A stretch of DNA of 64,000 nt from Lingula anatina (GCA_051362555.1 CM120647.1:18948651-19012650), one strand, 5' to 3'; positions 1 through 14,847 are shown, counted from the stretch's first letter. Notes: a model not told the origin generated them from the letters alone. Program-made: numbers and translations.

Positions 1-1343
1 GCACATGCAGGCACACGAGTGGCAATTGATATAAAGATGGAAACAATTAAACAGTTTACTGTATTAATCTGCCTTTTTGGAACACAAGAAACATGTGTCT
101 AAATAGGCCTCTCAAAAACAATAGGCTTGAACTGAGACTGAAACCGTTATTATGTGAAATGCGATATAAAAATCGACCTATACTTTAAACATTTAATCAG
201 TGTAACATTGTAAGATGAGAGAGTGTCTACATGCAGACCTGGTCTGATCTGATTTACACAAAACCAGACAAAGACACACATTTTTCAAACTCAGCCTTGG
301 GGCCATCTTTTCATGTCCTTTATTACTTTCTCGCAATAGTATTTCAAAGCAAAATCATTATATCTGGTTTGCGTTTTTATATATTTTTTCAGATGTTTGG
401 AAGACTTTTTAACTGACATTTAGACCTTCATAATGTGAAATACGTCATAAAAATTGATCCATGCTTTAAAAACATTTAATCAGTTTGATATTGTCAGAAG
501 AGGAGTGCCCACTGCAGATTGGATATTGATTTTTTTTTGCAAAATCAAACTAGGGCCCACTTTTGTCAAATTCAGCCTTGGGATCATCTTCTTATGTCCA
601 TAATTACTTCCTCCCAGTGTTACTTCCGATCAAAATCATTATATTTGGTTTGTTTTTATTTACCTGTATCTTTTCCGATTTTTGGAACACGAAAAGCCTG
701 TGTCTAAATATTTGTAGAAGTTCCCGTTTAGAAAGGGTTCTCAAAAAACAATAGGCTTTAACTAAGATCAAGGCCATTATTAGGGGAAATACGATATAAA
801 AATGGACATACACTTTAAACAATTATTCAATGTAGCATTGCTAGAAGAGCAGAGTCCACGTGCAGATAAGATGCTGATTTTTATTTTATTATTATTATTA
901 TTATTTTTTTTTTATTTATTTAGTTACTTCCAAGCAAAACCATTATATTTGGTTTGCTTTTTTATTTACCTATATTTTTTCAGCGTTTTGGAACACAAGA
1001 TGCCTGTGTCTAAATACTTTTAGCAGTCCCCATTAACAACGTTTTTTGCGAAACCAGACTTCGGCCTACATTTCTCAAATTCTGCCTTGAGGTCAGCATT
1101 CCATGTCCGTTATTTCTGCCTCTCAATGTCACTTCCCAGCAAAACCATTATTTTATTTATTTATTTATTTATTTTTGCTAAAATATTTATATATTTTTCA
1201 GTTTTTCAGAACACAAGAAGCATGCGTTTACACATTTGTTGCAGTCCTTGTTTTAAAAAAGGCCTCTCAAAAATTAATTAATTAATTAATTAATTAATTA
1301 ATTAATTTATAAAAAAAAAACATTTGGTTTTAATTGACACTAA

Positions 1344-1558
1344 GGCTGTATTCCCAGAGCTTTTAGATCGATCTATCCCCGCGGGGAGTCTCACTAGATT
1401 ACTGTCAGATAATCCGGCTTAAATGTCCGTCCCGCCTACTACAAGCTGTAAGGGGGTAATTAACTTTCGTGTCCGCTCGGCTGACAGCTATTTAGCGTGA
1501 ACCCCCAGGGAGTTAGGTCGATCTAAAGTAGATCGATCTAATCTCTGGAAATGGGGTC
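1344..1558. mobile_element. PIF/Harbinger-type MITE inserted in a satellite monomer
   Basis: Imperfect TIRs GGCTGTATTCCCAGAG / CTCTGGAAATGGGGTC with TAA/TTA flanks. Other monomers show the empty site gacacTAAggccatt (e.g. ~4820). An inverted copy lies at 24692-24917. Confidence 0.85.
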
Positions 1559-2199
1559 TTAGGCCATTGTAATGTGAAATATGTACGTCATACAAAATAG
1601 ATCCATGCTTCAAAAACATTTAATCAATATAACCTTGTTAAAAAAGATAATGTTCACATGCAGATTGGCTATTGATCTTTTATTGCCAAACCAGACTTAG
1701 GCCTACATTTTTCAAAGCATGGGGGTCATCTTTACCTTGCAATGCTACTCCCTTGCATTATATTAATAACCAGCATCGGTCACGGTATTTACGGTAGTGT
1801 TGACGTGAAGCTTCACACTGTATGTTATTATAAATTTACCGATAGGGTGTAATAGTGGCAAAGACTGTCAGAAAAGATCTCTGTATCCGCCCCGGCGTAG
1901 TTATATATTTATCGATAGGGAGTAACAGTGGCAACTGTGCGGGGGAGAATTGACACGAGGGAGTTGTTTTGCCGGGAGAGTAACGCTCTGGCGGAGTGAC
2001 GATGGGGGGTGTTTACATATTTATCGAATGGTGGTCATGTGCCAATTTTGTCTAAAGGCGATGTAAAAAAATAAAATAAAATAAAATAAAATAAACCAAG
2101 CACACCACTGAAATAATACGGCAATTCTTAAAAAAGAAAAAAGAATGCCGATGGCACTAGGGTTGTGTTTATCCACTTGGTTTGATTTTTATATTTTTT

Positions 2200-2920
2200 C
2201 AATGTTTGGCATTGAGTAAAAAATAGTTTTGCGTAGAGAAATCTTATCCCCCGCTCGCTGCGCAACTGTGGCAAACCGCGGGAGGGAGGACTTTGCTCAA
2301 TACCGCGGAACTTTTCTGTGAGCTGTCCAAATTGCGGTACTCGTTATTAGAACATTTTTATGTCAGAAATGCTTGGTCTAAGTCACAATTATGAGATAAA
2401 ACACACAACATTCCCTTCGTTATCTTGGAACGTCCATGCTATCCATATAGCAGACTCACTACCCCAACAACATACACACACACTCACACATACACACACA
2501 CACACAGCCCTACATGTACCGCATCCAATTTGCCTTCGTCCATGTGTGTACCGACTTATTTCCCTTTCTTTTCCCAAATATCTCTATAACAAGCCAACAC
2601 AAACCCAGGCAATGTCCATCCCTGTATTCTGAGTAATTCAGTAAAATTTCACTCGTCTACTCTGTTTATATTATCCTAACGAAACGTGGCGCATGTTTTA
2701 CCTCTATTTCAGCATCAGTGTGCTCCCGATTTAACCAAATTCTGTGTAAAAAAGAATACGAGAATTCTCTCTCTACGCGATACACATGTACATTGCGGCC
2801 GGGGAGTTCACCCAGATTAAGGCCCATGGTAAAGCTGTATTTTATATGTTTGTTCTGTTCGTGTAAAAAATGACTTTTTTGGTTAATTCCAACTAGCGAA
2901 AAATGCAAGTTAAACCATCG
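2200..2920 (-). mobile_element. Highly decayed LINE ORF2 C-terminal remnant, one per macro-unit (also ~8150-8890 and ~15545-16320)
   Basis: Frameshifted minus-strand fragments occur in the expected order across the three copies: LGELPGR, FWL/IWL, VK..TGMDIAW, RTAH.K.LHI, FCHSC, FFAQCP. They resemble the GELGR..YW..VK.IL..G..VW..FR.S.H.L.IE..R.C..C..HF...CP tail of CR1/RTE-X-like LINEs. Confidence 0.5.
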
Positions 2921-2999
2921 AATAATCATTTATTAATTAGTTACATGTATTAAAAGAAAAAGAAATTATCTACACTATCTCAGAACCTAAACTTCTTAC

Positions 3000-3060
3000 C
3001 TTTCAGAGTAATTCCCACGACGAGCATCGAAAATATCACAGAGCACCCAGAGGACGACAT
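3000..3060 (-). CDS. Candidate signal-peptide first exon MSSSGCSVIFSMLVVGITLK, copy 1
   Basis: gaaaATG start, 61 nt, ends at a strong phase-1 donor AAAG|GTAAGA, with hydrophobic core VIFSMLVVGITL. No downstream exons were identified in the window. Confidence 0.4.
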
Positions 3061-4150
3061 TTTCGTAGCGTCCCACAGACATCAGTCAACGAGAAATGTG
3101 AAAGTCACAATAGGTTCACCTGTTTAAACCTGAGAGGTATTTACAGACGTCAAATGAAAGCAGCTTTGCATGCGCTTGTTTACCGTGAAAGGAAAATAGA
3201 TCGATACATCGCGATGGGGCACCTTCAAGTTACGGTCATGCACTACGATCCTAATGACGTTCATTATGCCTCAAAAGCAAAAAAGATTTGAACTAAGATC
3301 AAGGCCGTTATAAAGGGAAATAGGATATAAAAATGGACTCACACTTTGAATATCCAATCAGTGTAACATTGTTACGAGAGAGAGAGAGAGAGAGACTCTA
3401 TGCAAATTGGATATTGATTTTTTTTTTTTACAAAATCAGACTTAGGCCTACATTTCTCAAACTTTGCCTTGACGTCATCATCTCATGTCCATTATTACTG
3501 CCCAGTAAAATCGTTATATTTGGTTTGCATTTTTATATAAATTTTGGACTTTTGGGAACACAAGGCGCCCGTGTCTAAATATCTGTAGAAGTCCTTGTTT
3601 CAAAAGGATTATTAAAAAAGCAGTAGGCTTAAACAAGAGATTGAAACCATCTTTATATAAAATTCGATATAAAATTTAGCCTACGCTTTTAACATTCAAT
3701 CAGTGTAACATTGTTAGAAGAGCAGAGTCCGTGCAGATTGAATATTGGTATTTTATTGCGAAACCATACTTAGGCCTACATGTACATTTCTCAATCTCAA
3801 CCTCGGGGTCATCTTTTCATGTCCATTATTACTTCCTCGCAATGTTACTTCCCAGAAAAATCACTATGTTAATAACCAGCGTTGATAGGCAGCCACATCG
3901 TTATCCAACCCCTTATCACCACTCCTCTTCATGGGTATTTGGAGTGCGATTGAAAGGAAATATCACTTTCCGTCACGGAATTTACGGTTGAGTGTTAATG
4001 TGAATCTTCACACTGTACGTTATCATATATTTACCGACATCTTTTAAGAGTGACTGCGGCAATTATTATGGGAAATATGACAAACATCATTGATCTATGC
4101 TTTAAACATTTAATCACTGTTACATTGTTCAAAGAGAGAGTGCCCAACGT

Positions 4151-4197
<47 letters not shown>

Positions 4198-5500
4198 GAA
4201 ACCAGAATTAGGTTCACTTTCCTCAAACTCCGCTTTGGGTCATCTTCTTATGGTCATGATTACTTCCTCCCAAAGTTCCTTCCGAGCAAAACCATTATAT
4301 TTGGTTTGCTTTTTTTATTAACCTGTATCTTTTCCGATTTTTGGAACACGAAAAGCCTGTGTCTGAATATTTGTAGAAGTTCCCGTTTAGAAAGGGTTCG
4401 TAAAAAAACAGTAGGCTTTAACAAAGATCAAGGCCATTATTAAGGGGAATACGATATAAAAATGGACATACACTTTAAACATCTAATCAGTGTAGCATTT
4501 TTAGAAGAGCAGAGTCCACGTGCAGATAAGAGTTAGATTTTTTTTGCGAAACCAGACTTAGGCCTACATTTCTCAAATTCTGCCTTGAGGCCAGCATTCC
4601 ATGTCCGTTATTTTTGCCTGTCAATGTCACTTCCCAGCAAAACCATTATTTTATTATTTTATTATTTTTTTTTTTGCTTATATATTTATATATTTTTCAG
4701 TTTTCCAGAACACAAGAAGCATGCGTCTACACATTTGTAGCAGTCCCTGTTTTAAAAGAGGCCTCTCAAAAATAAATAAATTAATTAATTAACAAAAAAA
4801 CAACATTTGGTTTTAATTGACACTAAGGCCATTGTAATGTGAAATACGTACGTCATAAAAATTGATCCATGATTTAAAAACATTTAATCAATATAGCATT
4901 GTTAAAAAGAGAATGTTCACATGCAGATTGGATATTGACCTTTTTTATGCAAAACGAGACTTAGGCCTACATTTCTCAAACTCAGCCTTGGGGTCATCTT
5001 TTCATGGCCATTATTACTTCCTTGCAATGTTACTTCCCAGAAAAATCATTATATTTGGTTTGCTTTTTATATAAATTTTCTGCTTTTTGAAACACACGAA
5101 GCCCGGGTCTGAATATTTGTACAAGTGCCTTTTGTAAAAGTGTCCGTTAAAAAAAGGCTTTAACAGAGACCGAGGTCATTATTATGGGAAATATGACAGA
5201 AATTATTGATATGTGCTTTAAACATTTAATAATTATAACATTGTAAGAAGAGGGAGTGCCCAATTGCAGATTGGAAATGATTTATTTTTTGCGAAACAAG
5301 GCTTAGGCCTTCATTTCTCAAACTCAGCCTTTCAGTTCATCTTCTTATGTCTAAAATTACTTCCTCCCTATGTTACTTCCCAGAAAAATCATTATATTTG
5401 GTTTGCTTCTTTATATGTCTAAATATTTTGTCAACTTTTTGGAACACGAGAAATCTGTCTAAATATTTGTAAAAAAATCCTTGTTTGAAAAGAGGCTTCT

Positions 5501-5532
<32 letters not shown>

Positions 5533-6008
5533 AGTAGGTATTAATTGACACTAAGACCATTATAAGGTGAAATACGTACGTCATAAAAATTGATCCATAC
5601 TTTAAAAACATTTAATCAAGGAAGCATTGTTAAAAAAGAGAATGTTCTATTGCTGACCTGATATTGATCTATTATTGCCAAACCAGATTTAGGCCTATAC
5701 TTCTCAAACTCAGCCCTGAGGTCATCATCTCATGTCCATTATCACTGCCTACCAATGGCACCCGGAAAATTGTTATATTTTGTTTTCTTTTTATTTACCT
5801 GTATGTTTCTGCTTTTTGGAACACAAAAAGCCAGTGTCTCAATATTTGTAGAAGTGACTTTTGTAAAAGTAGTCGCTCAGAAAACAATAGGCCTTAACAG
5901 AGACCTAGACCATTATTATACAGGAAATATGACAAACATTGTTGATCTATGCTTTATAAATTTAATCACTGTTACATTGTTAAAAGTGCCCAACTGCAGA
6001 TTGGATAT

Positions 6009-6049
<41 letters not shown>

Positions 6050-6635
6050 TTTTTTTTTTTTTTGCGAAACCAGAATTAGGCCCACTTTTCTCAAACCCAG
6101 CTTTGGGGTCATCTTCTTATGTCCATAATTACTGTCTCCTAACTGAAAGTTACTTCCGAGCAAAACCATTATATTTGGTTTGCTTTTTTATTTACCTGTA
6201 TTTTTTCAGCTTTTTGGAACACAAAGCACGTGGCTAAATATTTGTAGAAGTCCCCACTTACAGAGGTTTCTCAAAAAATACAAAAAGGCTTTAACCAAGA
6301 TCAAGGCCATTATTAAGGGAAATCAATATAAAAATGGATTTACACTTTAAACATTTAATCATCGAAACATTGTTAAAAGAGCAGAGTGCAGATCTGATAT
6401 TGATCTGTTTTTTTTTCTTTTGCGAAACCAGACTTAGGCCTACATTTCTCAAACTCAGCCTTGAGGTGAGCATTTCATGTCCATTATTACAGCCTCCCAA
6501 TGTCAATTACGAGTAAAATTATTATATATTTTTTTTTGCTTATATATTCATATATTTTTCAGTTCTCCGGAACACAAGAACCATGCGTCTGCTCATTTGT
6601 AGAAGTCTCTGTTTTAAAAGAGGCCTCTCTCTCTC

Positions 6636-6674
<39 letters not shown>

Positions 6675-7214
6675 ACTAAGGCCATTCTAATGTGAAATAC
6701 GTACGTCATAAAAATTGTTCCATGCTTCAAAAACATTTAATCAGTATAACCTTGTTAAAAAGAGAATATTCAGATGCAGATTGGAAATTGATCTTTTATT
6801 GCAAAACCAGACTTGGGCCTACATTTCTCAAACTCAGCCTTGAGGTCTTCTTTTCATGTCCATTATTACTTCCTTGCAATGCTACTTCCCATAAAAATCA
6901 CTATATTAATAACCAGCATTGATACGCGCCCACATCGTTACCCAACCTTTCATCATCATTCCTCCTAACGGTTATTTGGAATGCGATTGAAAAGAACTAT
7001 CACTTTCCGTCACGGTATTTACGGTAGAGTGTTGACGTGAATCTTCACACTGTACGTTATTATATATTTACCGATAGGTTTTAACAGAGACTGCGGTAAT
7101 TATTGTGGGAAACATGACAAATATCAGTGATCTATGCTTAAAATTTTAATATTGTTCGAAGAGAGAGTGCCCAACTGCAGATTGGATATTGATTTTTTTT
7201 TACAAAGGGTTCTC

Positions 7215-7246
<32 letters not shown>

Positions 7247-8958
7247 TTTAAATAAGATCAAGGCCATTATTAAGGGAAATCAATATAAAAATGGACATAC
7301 ACTTTAAACATTTAATCATTGTTAGAAGAGCACAAATATCACTTTCCGTCACGCTATTTACGGTAGAGTGTTGACGTGATGATTCACACTGTACGTTATT
7401 ATATATTTACCGCTAGGGAGTGACAGTGACAAATGTGCGGGGGGGGGGGGGCAAAATAGGGGAGTTGTGATGCAGGGAGACTAAGGATGGGGCGGAGTAA
7501 CGATGGGGGGATGTTTGCATATTTAACGAATGGTTCATATGCCAATTAAAAAATAAATGAATCAATAAAAAATGGCATCACACCACTGAAATAAAACACC
7601 AATTGTCTTATAAAAAGATGTCATATATGTAGCAGTCCATCCTCTTGGTTTGCTTTATATATATATATATTTTTTTTTTTCTTCATTTTTTGTCGGGGAA
7701 ATATATGTGAATATTAGATTCAATGTATCCGTAAGTTTCAACAGCGCAATTTGATTAATTGAACTGTCTTGTCATCATGGTGTTTTGCAAAACAGTGCGG
7801 GTGCATATCTCACTTCGAATGATGTCGTTATGATACTTTCTGATACCACCAAAAAGGGGATGATGCAAAAGAAGAGTTGGGGTGTGATGACGGGTTCAGA
7901 TTATTACCGGTATATCCTCTTCGGAAGGAATGATTAAATATGATATTTTCATCATCGCATGTGTTATCGCATCAACTAGTAGATAATTCTGTCTAATAAA
8001 TTTAGGTGCTGATATTTAAGTACGAGTGAATTCTGGCAGTCGAGATGCCTATCTGTCCAGGCACACACACACACAAACACACACACACGCACACACACAT
8101 ATATAAGGTGCGCGCGTGCTAGTGTTTGTGTGCGGGGGTGGGGTGGGGTGGGGGGCATTAAGTAAAAAATAGTTTAGCGTTGAGAAATCTCCCCCCCCCC
8201 CCCTGCTCGCTGCGCAACTGTGGAAAAAAGTGTGAGGGAGGACTTTCGTCAATACTGTCTCTCGCCGCGATATGGAGAATTTATTATGTGAGCTGTCCGA
8301 ATTGCTTTACTCGTTATCTCAACTACTTTATGCCAGAAATGTTTGGCACAAGTCACTTTTATGAGATAAAGCACACAACATTTCCTTCCTTATCTTGGAA
8401 CTTCCATGTTATCCATATTGCAGATTCACTCACCCCCACAAGACACACACACACACGCACACACAGTCTTACATGCACCCAACTTTTGGCCATTACTGAT
8501 CGCCACTTCTTTTCCCAAGTATCTTTATAAGAAGCCAACACAAACCCAAGCAATGTCCATCCCTGTATTCCGCGTAATACAGTTACATTTCACTTGTCTA
8601 CTCTGTTTATATTTCCTAACGAAACGTGGCACATTTTATACCTCTATTTTATAATCACTGTGCCCCCAACTTAACCAAAATCTGGATCCAACAGAATCCA
8701 GAAAAATGTGTAAAAAATGACAAAATACGAGAATGATCTTTATAAGCAATACACGTGTACTTTTGGCCGGGAAGTCCAACCAGATTAAGGCCCATGATAA
8801 AGGCTGTACTTTATTTGCCTGTTCTGTTTGTGTAAAAGATGACTATTTTGGTTGATTCCAACCAGCGAAAAATTCTACTTTAACCATCGAATAATCATTT
8901 TAGAGTTATTAGAAGAAAAATAATTTTTCTATGCTGTTTCAGAACCTAAACTTCTTAC

Positions 8959-9019
8959 CTTTCAGAGTAATTCCCACGACAAGCATCGAGAATATCACAG
9001 AGCACCCAGAGGACGACAT
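8959..9019 (-). CDS. Candidate signal-peptide first exon, copy 2
   Basis: Same peptide as copy 1. It differs only by synonymous TTT>TTC and CTC>CTT, and the donor is intact. Confidence 0.4.
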
Positions 9020-9335
9020 TTTCGAAGCGTCCCACAGACATCAGTCAACGAGAAATGTGAAAGTCACAATACGGCTCACCTGTTAAAACCTGAGAGGTAT
9101 TTACAGACGTCAAATAAAAGCAGCTTTGCATGTACTTGTTTACTGTCAAAGGAAAATAGATCGATACATAGCGATGGGGCACCTTCAAGTTACGGTCATG
9201 CACTACGATCCTAATGACGTTCATTATGCCTCAAAAGCAAAAAAGACTTGAACTAAGATCAAGGCCGTTATAAAGGGAAATAGGATATAAAAATGGACCC
9301 ACACTTTGAATATCCAATCAGTGTAACATTGTTAC

Positions 9336-9381
<46 letters not shown>

Positions 9382-10130
9382 CTATGCAAATTGGATATTG
9401 ATTTTTTTTTTGCAAAATCAGACTTAGGCCTACATATCTCAAACTTTGCCTTGAGGTCATCATCTCATGTCCATTATTACTGCCCAGTAAAATCGTTATA
9501 TTTGGTTTGCATTTTTATATAAATTTTGGACTTTGGGAACACAAGGCGCTCGTGTCTAAATATCTGTAGAAGTCCTTGTTTCAAAAGGATTATTAAAAAA
9601 GCAGTAGGCTTAAACAAGAGATTGAAACCATCTTTATATAAAATTCGATATAAAATTTAGCCTACGCTTTTAACATTCAATCAGTGTAACATTGTCAGAA
9701 GAGCAGAGTCCGTGCAGATTGAATATTGGTATTTTATTGCGAAACCATACTTAGGCCTACATGTACATTTCTCAATCTCAACCTTGGGGTCATCTTTTTC
9801 ATGTCCATTATTACTTCCTCGCAATGTTACTTCCCAGAAAAATCACTATGTTAATAACCAGCGTTGATAGGCAGCCACATCGTTATCCAACCCCTTATCA
9901 CCACTCCTCTTCATGGGTATTTGGAGTGCGATTGAAAGGAAATATCACTTTCCGTCACGGAATTTACGGTTGAGTGTTAATGTGAATCTTCACACTGTAC
10001 GTTATCATATATTTACCGACATCTTTTAAGAGTGACTGCGGCAATTATTATGGGAAATATGACAAACATCATTGATCTATGCTTTAAACATTTAATCACT
10101 GTTACATTGTTCAAAGAGAGAGTGCCCAAC

Positions 10131-10179
<49 letters not shown>

Positions 10180-10351
10180 GAAACCAGAATTAGGCCCACT
10201 TTCCTCAAACTCCGCTTTGGGTCATCTTCTTATGGTCATGATTACTTCCTCCCAAAGTACCTTCCGAGCAAAACCATTATATTTGGTTTGCTTTTTTATT
10301 AACCTGTATTTTTTTCAGCTTTTTTGAACACAAGATGCCTGTGTCTAAATA

Positions 10352-12013
10352 CAGACTTGACATTTAATATGGAATATTTTTTTCGAAATAATTTTTTATC
10401 AGTTTTTTCCTATTTTGCTGACTGATAAATGAAAATAAGGATTAAAATCGTGTTTTAATAACTTAAAATTATCTCTTTGATGTCATTGTGACATCATTTC
10501 ATTAATGGAATTCGCCAGAGAAGCAAACAAAAACACGTTGCCTATTCCATGTCATACGACTCCCATTAAAAGAGATATTTTAGATCTCCATATTTTCCAA
10601 ATTATCGTCTGTAAAAGGGTAATACGCTCCACAAAAGACCCTCATGTCAGTTGCTAGTCACAGTAATGGTCGTTGTTACGCCTGGCCTCTTCGTGGCTGT
10701 TGCCAGCGCTCTCAAGCGGCAAGGCATTTCTTGGGGGTAGGTTTTAAGAGGTCAATCTGGAATAGCATTCCAGGCATCGGTCTAAAATTGTCCAATCTGG
10801 TCCAGTTTTGTTGTAGGACATGTAGGCAGTTGATTGGTGAGTAATGGTCTACCGAAATATTGTCTATGTGGTTCAAATGTGGCGATTTTGATGACCAGGG
10901 TAGCTGCTCATTCCCTTGGTTCTGCAAGTTATCTGCTATTAAAAGTGCTCTGTGTGAACCTGCAACCTCATCGTGCAACCTAGAATTGTTCCTTAGGTGC
11001 CCCCTATCAAATGATAGTCAAGTGGTTCCGAGATTATTCCTTTATTTGATCTGGTTCAGGTTTTCGTCGATGACTACCGTTGGTGTTTTGGCACCAATGT
11101 GGAATCTACTCCAAATACTGACGCTGTCAATCACCCTTGTCACTTTAGACCCGGCATATGCTTCGTCGTAGGCCTCTTCTGGATATCTGTAAACTCTGTT
11201 TTGACTAATTGGGCGGTACAGGTGAAATCTGACCTCAATAAAGAAAACCACGCAGTTTCAGTGTTCTACCCAGAATCGTTCATGGCCCCCAATTCATTAG
11301 AGAAACAGACGACGATGTTTTGCTGTATACAGTGGGTACCTCGGAGGTCATTTGGTGTTCTTACCTGCTAAAACCAGTTTAGTGTTCGCTAAGGGCTTTG
11401 AAAAATGCATTTTAGTGGCAATTTACCCCTCGTTCTGAACGGACTAAGTGTTTTTTGTTGAGTTGCAGCAGCGTATACCGAAAGACAGTGGGTCCTGTAC
11501 CCTGTAGGTAAAATTTTGATACATTGGGGGTCACCTCTGTGCAGGTACATCAGTCTGGGCATTACTCTATAAAACTGTGGGGACCGTTCCGTTTGGCGCT
11601 ATGATCTGTCTGGTTATGTTTGTATTTTTCGCGCCATTCTGCCTTAGATTAACAAATTTGTAATGCACTACTTGGCTCATTTTACGCACTGCAAAACTGA
11701 CCGCTTGCATGCAAAATTTCAAATTCTTCTATGCAGTAGTTGCCGAAATATGGATATTTTTTTGACAGAACCAAGCTTTGCCTAAGCCAAGCTTTGATCA
11801 GCCCTAAGGAACACTACCCAATTAAATCACTGCAAATTACATAATGTAGCAGCGCAACAGGCATGAAAGTCAGTTAATTGGTAGTGACACACCTGACTGC
11901 ACACTTTTACATTCACAAATCTTATATGAGATCGGAGTTTTTTGAAAAAAGAACGTATTTTTACCTAGGTATACCTTCGAAACTGAAATATTCCATATTA
12001 AATGTCAAGTCTG
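10352..12013 (-). mobile_element. Tc1/mariner DNA transposon with decayed transposase
   Basis: Perfect 28-bp TIR CAGACTTGACATTTAATATGGAATATTT at 10352-10379 and 11986-12013, with TA TSD at 10350-51 and 12014-15. The empty site gtgtctaaaTAtttgtagaag is the satellite consensus. Minus-strand remnants: MPRL at 11562, VFFIEVRFHL..SVSIW..TPTVVIDENLN (11042-11251) and QLPWSSKSPHLNHIDNI (degenerate WPxxSPDLNPIE). Confidence 0.95.
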
Positions 12014-13633
12014 TATTTGTAGAAGTTCCCATTTACAAGGGTTCGTAAAAAAACAGTAGGCTTTAACTAAGATCAAGGCCATTATTAAGGGGAATACGAT
12101 ATAAAAATGGACATACACTTTAAACATTTAATCAGTGTAGCATTTTTAGAAGAGCAGAGTCCACGTGCAGATAAGACTTAGATTTTTTTTTTGCGAAACC
12201 AGACTTAGGCCTACATTTCTCAAATTCTGCCTTGAGGCCAGCATTCCATGTCCGTTATTTTTGCCTGTCAATGTCACTTCCCAGCAAAACCATTATTTTA
12301 TTATTATTTTTTTTTTTTTGCTTATATATCTATATATTTTTCAGTTTTCCAGAACACAAGAAGCATGCGTCTACACATTTGTAGCAGTCCCTGTTCTAAA
12401 AGAGGCCTCTCAAAAATAAATAAATTAATTAATTAACAAAAAAACATCATTTGGTTTTAATTGACACTAAGGCCATTGTAATGTGAAAAACGTACGTCAT
12501 AAAAAATTGATCCATGATTTAAAAACATTTAATCAATATAGCATTGTTAAAAAGAGAATGTTCACATGCAGATTGGATATTGACCTTTTTTATGCAAAAC
12601 GAGACTTAGGCCTACATTTCTCAAACTCAGCCTTGGGGTCATCTTTTCATGGCCATTATTACTTCCTTGCAATGTTGCTTCCCAGGAAAATCATTATATT
12701 TGGCTTGCTTTTTATATAAATTTTCTGCTTTTTGAAACACAAGAAGCCCGGTCTGAATATTTGTACAAGTGCCTTTTGTAAAAGTGTCCGTTAAAAAAAG
12801 GCTTTAACAGAGACCGAGGTCATTATTATGGGAAATATGACAGAAATTATTGATATGTGCTTTAAACATTTAATAGTTATAACATTGTAAGAAGAGGGAG
12901 TGCCCAATTGCAGATTGGAAATGATTTATTTTTTGCGAAACAAGGCTTAGGCCTTCATTTCTCAAACTCAGCCTTTCAGTTCATCTTCTTATGTCTAAAA
13001 TTACTTCCTCCCTATGTTACTTCCCAGAAAAATCATTATATTTGGTTTGCTTCTTTATATGTCTAAATATTTTGTCAACTTTTTGGAACACGAGAAATCT
13101 GTGTCTAAATATTTGTAGAAATCCATGTTTGAAAAGAGGCTTCTCAAAAAAACAGTAGGTATTAATTGACACTAAGACCATTCTAATGTGAAATACGTAC
13201 GTCATAAAAATTGATCCATGCTTTAAAAACATTTAATCAAGGTAGCATTGTTAAAAAAGAGAATGTTCTATTGCTGACCTGATATTGATCTATTATTGCC
13301 AAACCAGATTTAGACCTACACTTCTCAAACTCAGCCTTGAGGTCATCATCTCATGTCCATTATCACTGCCTACCAATGGCACCCGGAAAAATTGTTATAT
13401 TTTGTTTGCTTTTTATTTACCTGTATTTTTCTGCTTTTTGGAACACAAGAAGCCAGTGTCTCAATATTTGTAGAAGTGACTTTTGTAAAAGTAGTCGCTC
13501 AGAAAACAATAGGCCTTAAACGAGACCTAGACCATTATTATACAGGAAATATGACTAACATTGTTGATCTATGCTTTATAAATTTAATCACTGTTACTTT
13601 GTTAAAAGTGTCCAACTGCAGATTGGATATTGA

Positions 13634-13664
<31 letters not shown>

Positions 13665-14842
13665 TTTTTTGCGAAACCAGAATTAGGCCCACTTTTCTCA
13701 AACCCAGCTTTGGGGTCATCTTCTTATGTCCATAATTAATGTCTCCCAACTGAAAGTTACTTCCGAGCAAAACCATTTTATTTGGTTTGCTTTTTTATTT
13801 ACCTGTATTTTTTCAGCTTTTTTGGAACACAAAGCACGTGGCTAAATATTTGTAGAAGTCCCCACTTACAGAGGTTTCTCAAAAAATGCAAAAAGGCTTT
13901 AACCAAGATTAAGGCCATTATTAAGGGAAATCAATATAAAAATGGATTTATACTTTAAACATTTAATCAGCGTAACATTGTTAAAAGAGCAGAGTGCAGA
14001 TCTGATATTGATCTCTTTTTTTTTCTTTTGCGAAACCAGACTTAGGCCTACATTTCTCAAACTCAGACTTGAGGTGAGCATTTCATGTTCATTAATGCAG
14101 CCTCCCAATGTCAATTACGAGTAGAATTATTATATATATCTTTTTGCTTATTTATTCATATATTTTTCAGTTTTCCGGAACACAAGAACCATGCGTCTGC
14201 TCATTTGTAGAAGTCTCTGTTTTAAAAGAGGCCTCCCTCTCTCTCTCTCTCTAAAAAAAAAAAAAAAAAAACATTTTGATTTAATTGACACTAAGTCCAT
14301 TCTAATGTGAAATAGGTACGTCATAAAAATTGATCCATACTTCAAAACATTTAATCAGTATAACCTTGTTAAAAAAGAGAATATTCACATGCAGATTGGA
14401 TATTGATCTTTTATTGCAAAACCAGACTTAGGCCTACATTTCTCAAACTCAGCCTTGGGATCATCTTTTCATGTCCATTATTACTTCCTCGCAATGTTAC
14501 TTCCCAGCAAAATCATTATATTAATAACCAGCATTGATAGGCACACACAACGTTACCCAACCTTTCATCATCATTCCTCCTAAGCTAACGGTTATTTGGA
14601 ATGCGATTGAAAAGAACTATCACTTTCCGTCACGGTATTTACGGTAGAGTGTTGACGTGAATCTTCACACTGTACGTTATTATATATTTACCGCTAGGGA
14701 GTAACAGTGACAAATGTGCGGGGGGGGTGGGGCAAAATAGGGGAGTTGTGATGCAGGGAGACTAAGGATGTGGCGGAGTAACGATGGGGGTATGTTTGCA
14801 TATTTAACGAATGGTGTTCATATGCCAAAAATTAAAAAATAA

Positions 14843-14847
<5 letters not shown>

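Noticed and set aside
2666-2929. 87-aa minus ORF in phase with the candidate signal exon via a ttcgctag acceptor
   Set aside because: The acceptor is mutated in copy 2 and the frame shifts in copies 2 and 3. It is better explained as the LINE remnant.
231-14345. Dozens of 60-160 aa ORFs in the satellite array
   Set aside because: They are F/L/I-rich by composition, their frames are not preserved between monomers, and homopolymer indels break them.
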